DNA of 64,000 nt from a virus: IMG/VR virus record IMGVR_UViG_3300030117_003378, positions 9,802-73,801 of that record. The stretch is one strand, 5' to 3'. The notes below the pieces were generated by a model. The model saw only the letters and a list, made by a program, of their open reading frames with translations. It searched no databases and was not told the origin of the DNA. The position numbers and the translations under genes were made by a program. Of the stretch, positions 59,594-64,000 are shown in pieces; within the stretch, counting starts at the first letter, position 1; each line of letters begins with the position of its first letter.

Positions 59594-60622
59594 ATGCTTT
59601 CCTTCCCGCGAGAGATTGGCCTGAAGCGTCAGTTGTGTAGTAGTGAGACACAATACACAAGTTACGTTGCCGACCTCGGTCCACGGACGGCTTGTTACAC
59701 GTCCCTTTACCACTATGAAGACCTTCTCCCCAATCAGCGTCGTGTAGATTACAATACGGCGGTCATGGATAGGGCATGGTGGGACTTCGACGCAGGACCA
59801 CGGAGTAACATCGACGCCGTAAAGGACGATGTATTTACCCTGATTAGTCGCTTAGATGGGGACATCCGTGTGGTCGCCACAGGACGTGGTTTTCATGTCC
59901 ACCAAATGTTTGACAGTCCCGTGCAGGGATTTGAAGCCGAGCGTAACCTCGGTGAGTATTCACGACACATGGCAAAGGGACTCGACACCCTTGATGGTGT
60001 AGCCCACATGAAGAAGTTGACACGGATTCCTTCGACCTTCAATCCGAAGCGTTGGCGATGGGCCGTCAACATTGACGTGTCTGCGTTCATGGCAGACCCG
60101 CATAACTATCAAATTCCTGAGAAGCCTGACACATCCCTTGATTGGGCAGACCCATTCATCGGTGACAAGGTGTATCGTGGCTTTGACTTCACGGGTTGGA
60201 TGAGCAAGAACGCGGACCTGTTGAGGGCCGACCCTGTGCTTACCGCCTATCAGGCCGTAGAATTGCCTGTGAGTGGCCTTGGAGACGTTCCTATCCCCCC
60301 TTGCTTAGAGAACCACATCAGGCACGAAAATCCTGCTCACCACGTCCGCGTTGCGTTGGCGCAACACCTGTACGAAAACCTTCGTATGTTCGCGCCGGTC
60401 GAGGCCCTGACCACGGCGCAGAAAGACAAGATAGAAGACCAAATCGTAACGTTTATGTCGCAGTTGGGTTGGCGGGATTACAGTGAGTATCACACACGCA
60501 AGCACGTCAAGTCCTTACTAAAGACTTCACGCAGTCCGTCATGTGCATGGTTCAAGACTCGGAATATGTGTTCGGGGCCTTGTTGGCGGTATGATTATAC
60601 TATTCCTATGGGTGACTCTTAA
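59594..60622 (+). CDS. Archaeo-eukaryotic primase, PriS fused to a PriL-type Fe-S domain
   Basis: WDFD, TGRGFH and RIPSTFN; then PPC...H..R..L...PSC...C...C. Confidence 0.85.
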   Translation: MLSFPREIGLKRQLCSSETQYTSYVADLGPRTACYTSLYHYEDLLPNQRRVDYNTAVMDRAWWDFDAGPRSNIDAVKDDVFTLISRLDGDIRVVATGRGFHVHQMFDSPVQGFEAERNLGEYSRHMAKGLDTLDGVAHMKKLTRIPSTFNPKRWRWAVNIDVSAFMADPHNYQIPEKPDTSLDWADPFIGDKVYRGFDFTGWMSKNADLLRADPVLTAYQAVELPVSGLGDVPIPPCLENHIRHENPAHHVRVALAQHLYENLRMFAPVEALTTAQKDKIEDQIVTFMSQLGWRDYSEYHTRKHVKSLLKTSRSPSCAWFKTRNMCSGPCWRYDYTIPMGDS

Positions 60623-60647
60623 ATATCAGAACGTACCGGTGGACTCT

Positions 60648-60896
60648 ATGACAACTCTATCATTACAGGAGGCTTTGAAGATGCCAAGGGTCAGGGATGA
60701 AAACGAAATCCACATGATGCTTAGAGAGGCGTTGCGACTCAAGGGCGAGTGGAAGCGTTGGCTTGAAGACCCTGAGTGTAAGGCGGACAGAAAGGTATTC
60801 GCGGAGGCAGTTCGTAACTACAATGCCCTCAAAGGCGTCTGTCAGAGCCTACAATGGGTGCTACACCACCCTGCCGTAGAAGACCCACTATGGTAA
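60648..60896 (+). CDS. Hypothetical protein
   Basis: TATA-like TTAAATA at 60619; 82 aa. Confidence 0.6.
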   Translation: MTTLSLQEALKMPRVRDENEIHMMLREALRLKGEWKRWLEDPECKADRKVFAEAVRNYNALKGVCQSLQWVLHHPAVEDPLW

Positions 60897-60928
60897 GCCT
60901 TAAGCACCACTAACTTTCACGCCATATT

Positions 60929-61672
60929 ATGGTCTTGTATGTGGATGACCGAGAGAACGACATCCTCATCCACAAACTGTATGCCCGAATGGGCAACCGT
61001 GACTTCGGCCCCAACGGTCAGGTGCAGGTAAAACGTCTGCAATCTGCTGACTACATCATCGGTGATTGGGGAATCGAAGCGAAGGAAATCAATGACCTTT
61101 ACCACTCTATTCTCGGTCACGGTCGGTCGCGCACAATCGTCGGTCAGTTACAAGACCTTGAAGAATCGTTCCAAACACCCATGCTTGTTGTGTACGGTAC
61201 GGAATTGAAGCCGTTTATTCCCGGCAAAAAAATGAATCGCAAACTCTATGCTATCGAAAAGAGACGCATGGAACAAACAATCCTCAATTTCAAAATCGGA
61301 TTTCAATTGAGATTTCCAAACATAGCGTTCATGCAGTTTGACACAATGGATGAGTTTGTACACTTCCTTGCAGTCAACCACACACAAAAAACACACGTCG
61401 GCGTGAGTCAGCAGACCCACAATGCTAAAAAAACCGAGACGATTCACCCACAAGTCCTTGCTCTATCTGCACTCCCCGGAATCACTGAGGAACAGGCCGA
61501 AGATATGCTTGACCGTATGGGTGGTCTTCGTAACATTCTTCGTCTCCGCACCCGTCAAAAAGACCTTATGGAGACAAAGGGTGTCGGCAGGTCACGCGCT
61601 CGTAAAATCTTATCACTAAGAGAAGATTACAAGTCAGATACATCTGTAACAGAAGACAGCGACCCTGAATAG
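60929..61672 (+). CDS. ERCC4/XPF (Hef-like) structure-specific nuclease with (HhH)2
   Basis: VDDRE, ADYII and IEAK...DL..S; LPGI and KGVG hairpins. Confidence 0.85.
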   Translation: MVLYVDDRENDILIHKLYARMGNRDFGPNGQVQVKRLQSADYIIGDWGIEAKEINDLYHSILGHGRSRTIVGQLQDLEESFQTPMLVVYGTELKPFIPGKKMNRKLYAIEKRRMEQTILNFKIGFQLRFPNIAFMQFDTMDEFVHFLAVNHTQKTHVGVSQQTHNAKKTETIHPQVLALSALPGITEEQAEDMLDRMGGLRNILRLRTRQKDLMETKGVGRSRARKILSLREDYKSDTSVTEDSDPE

Positions 61673-64000
61673 GGTTTCATGTTATCGGATTGCGAGTTGT
61701 CATCAACAATTGATTTTCTCATGTATTGTATTTCTGTTGTGTGTAGACGCACCGAAGAATAATATGCGTTGTCGCTACCACTTGCGGGTCTTCTGATTAT
61801 TGTGATTTCAAGTCTGTTGCCCGGTGTAAAATTCATAGTGGTCGGTGCAAACAAAGTTACAAATTTGTTATCTTTTCCGGCGGTCAGCGTTACACTTTGT
61901 GTGTCGCTCAAACCGGTATCAATGCACTTAAATGTTGTTTCTAACACGGCACGTTCGTCCACGGTGCCACCCAAAGAGTAAGTAGCATAAAGACCAAAAC
62001 CGCCGTTGGTGGCGTCGTTAGGAATTCTCACAATCATAGAGTATTCGTGTTGTACAATATCTTCCCCTTCACCGCCTAAGTTACCGGGGAACACTATGCC
62101 TTCACTACTGACTACTGTGTTGCCGGAAGAAGGGCTTGTAACGGCATCTACCCCTTCAATAGAATGTGTAGACGACGGGGCCTGTGTTGGTTTTTCTTGA
62201 CCGAGGATGCCGAAATCACTTACGCTTCCAAGGTCAATCTTCTTTTTGTTCTTGGCAAAGGAAGCCTTGGTTAGCATATTTGTATTGACGGCCTTGTGTG
62301 AAAGCGCACCAATGTCACTACCCATAAACAGAGTGCTGTTTGTGTTCTTGCCTGTGTCTACACCGGACGCATACGGACTAAACGGTCTGTTGTCACCGCT
62401 TTGTTCTTCACCGACCTTTGTGTTTGGTGCGTCGGAACCGCTTCGCCCTCCTGTTTTTGAACCCTGTTGATAGCCGGGGTCACCTTCATCCACAGGTTTT
62501 TGGCTTGTGCTTGCCCCACCCTTGGGGTCTTGTCTGCCCTTTTGTGTGTCGGGGAAAATGTAAGCGGCTACATTGTCGGCAGAACGTGACTCGTCTTCAA
62601 CCAATTTAAATACTACTTGTTCAGTGTTTTCTGATACTCGGTACGTTAGGTCACGAATGACTAAAACCTTGTTTGACAATCCGAGTTTTGCATCCGTGTA
62701 AGTAACGTAAGTTGCCGGTTGGAAGTTTATATCTTCGCAAACGTGTAGTCGGGGCGCATACCATTCTGCTCGTTGGTTTGCCCAACCACCATAATTGTAT
62801 CTTCGTAATCCCAATGGGAACAGGGAACTATCTGTGGCCGAACTAAACGTAAGAGTCTGACTGCTTAGTGAACCGCCTGTGGTGGACGCAGATAACTCAA
62901 AGTGAGTAGCGTCCGTAATTGAAGCAACATAAGCACCCGCTGGTATTCCTGTTCCTGATACGTCCATTCCTACCTGAATGGCAGTCGACGAAGAGTGTGT
63001 GATTGTGGGGTCATTGTTGTAAGACGCCCCACCCACCGTGAACTCGGTATCTACGGTAGCAGAATCGTGTGCGTTTCGGCGACGCTTTCGTATGTTGTCA
63101 TTTGTCCTTCCGTTATGTCCGTTGCGATACAACATTACATCATGTAGATAATCGTAGTTTACGGATATAACCATTTTCGCCCCCCCGTGAGAAGCCCAAT
63201 ACGTTGTCGGGATGCCAACCTCGTAGAATCCGTTACCACGCACCTTGACGGACGACTCAGTATTGGTAGCGTGTGATTGTGATGCGAATTTGGGTTTGCC
63301 TGACGCCCACATAGAACCAGCGGGGTCACCGTTGCTCTTAGTGTCGTCGAACGTGTAGTCAACAAACTCGACTACAAACTCCGGGTTACTATCTGTACCG
63401 TCACCTGTAATCGCAATGTGGATTCTTAACTCCTCCCCTGTTGTTTCTGACACTAAAGGCATATCCTTGGGCAGATGTACCATTTGCATAGCGTAAGACA
63501 CGCTCTTAGCACCCCACCATGTGTAAAACGTCTGTGCGGAGTATTGTCGTGTTGTGGCCTTGTTACCGTGTTCGTAGCCGTTACCACTGTCTTGTATGGA
63601 TTCATACAAGTTTCCATCAAGAGCGTTTTGCGGACCTGTAAAAATGCACCCACCTTCTGTTTGCGTCCACTTTTCACCATAGGCACCAAACTGTCTACAA
63701 GCCACGTCTGCTACATATCCGTAACGACCGCCGTTTAGCATAAGGTCGCCTCTTTTATCGAAGCGACTACTGTCGGTATAACGTGTGATTTGTGCGTCGA
63801 TTTCTAATGCACTGGATTTATTTTTGTTATATTCTTTTTTGGCTAAAGCCAACGCTTCTTCCGATGAACGCACGGAAGAATAGTCTACAATTTTCCAACG
63901 GGTTGCGGAATTTGCACTACTCGGCCAATCTACAAACGACGTACCATCATTGTAGTACACTCGTATTCCGTCGACCTGCTTTACATTTTGGATATTCATG
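61627..64000 (-). CDS. Large virion/tail protein, C-terminal part (enters from the right edge)
   Basis: At least 790 aa open frame from the edge; Ser/Thr/Gly-rich; converges on and overlaps the ERCC4 gene by 46 bp. Confidence 0.7.
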   Translation of the reverse strand, partial: MNIQNVKQVDGIRVYYNDGTSFVDWPSSANSATRWKIVDYSSVRSSEEALALAKKEYNKNKSSALEIDAQITRYTDSSRFDKRGDLMLNGGRYGYVADVACRQFGAYGEKWTQTEGGCIFTGPQNALDGNLYESIQDSGNGYEHGNKATTRQYSAQTFYTWWGAKSVSYAMQMVHLPKDMPLVSETTGEELRIHIAITGDGTDSNPEFVVEFVDYTFDDTKSNGDPAGSMWASGKPKFASQSHATNTESSVKVRGNGFYEVGIPTTYWASHGGAKMVISVNYDYLHDVMLYRNGHNGRTNDNIRKRRRNAHDSATVDTEFTVGGASYNNDPTITHSSSTAIQVGMDVSGTGIPAGAYVASITDATHFELSASTTGGSLSSQTLTFSSATDSSLFPLGLRRYNYGGWANQRAEWYAPRLHVCEDINFQPATYVTYTDAKLGLSNKVLVIRDLTYRVSENTEQVVFKLVEDESRSADNVAAYIFPDTQKGRQDPKGGASTSQKPVDEGDPGYQQGSKTGGRSGSDAPNTKVGEEQSGDNRPFSPYASGVDTGKNTNSTLFMGSDIGALSHKAVNTNMLTKASFAKNKKKIDLGSVSDFGILGQEKPTQAPSSTHSIEGVDAVTSPSSGNTVVSSEGIVFPGNLGGEGEDIVQHEYSMIVRIPNDATNGGFGLYATYSLGGTVDERAVLETTFKCIDTGLSDTQSVTLTAGKDNKFVTLFAPTTMNFTPGNRLEITIIRRPASGSDNAYYSSVRLHTTEIQYMRKSIVDDNSQSDNMKPYSGSLSSVTDVSDL

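Overview
This window is most of the genome of a tailed (siphovirus-like) archaeal dsDNA virus. It is most likely a magrovirus-type virus of marine Poseidoniales (MGII); this is inferred from the archaeal replisome, TATA-type promoters, GGAGGTGA ribosome-binding sites and a GCTDxxAxNY...DDGSC host-type repeat protein. The minus strand (1-23.5 kb and 61.6-64 kb) carries the morphogenesis module: terminase, portal, multidomain prohead protease with a nested scaffold, capsid, neck, tail tube, frameshifted tail chaperones and tape measure. The plus strand 32.5-43.5 kb is an array of small early genes, many preceded by a near-identical promoter/RBS cassette; it includes ArdC and a DenV-like glycosylase. 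The plus strand 43.7-61.7 kb is a replication and proteostasis module: PAC2-like protein, MCM-like ATPase, RFC, RPA-like, GroES/GroEL, RecA-fold ATPase, tRNA-Ala, PCNA-like, PolB, Cas4-like, PriS-PriL and ERCC4. The most unusual part is a ~7.3 kb island (24.2-31.6 kb) bounded by A/T tracts. There, three heavily base-paired non-coding segments alternate with an Arg-tailed protein, a 23-aa micropeptide, a GNAT and a 1232-aa membrane-associated amidoligase-glutamine amidotransferase polyprotein whose Ntn catalytic Cys is internal and must be freed by cleavage. All calls come from reading motifs by eye; no searches or folding programs were run.
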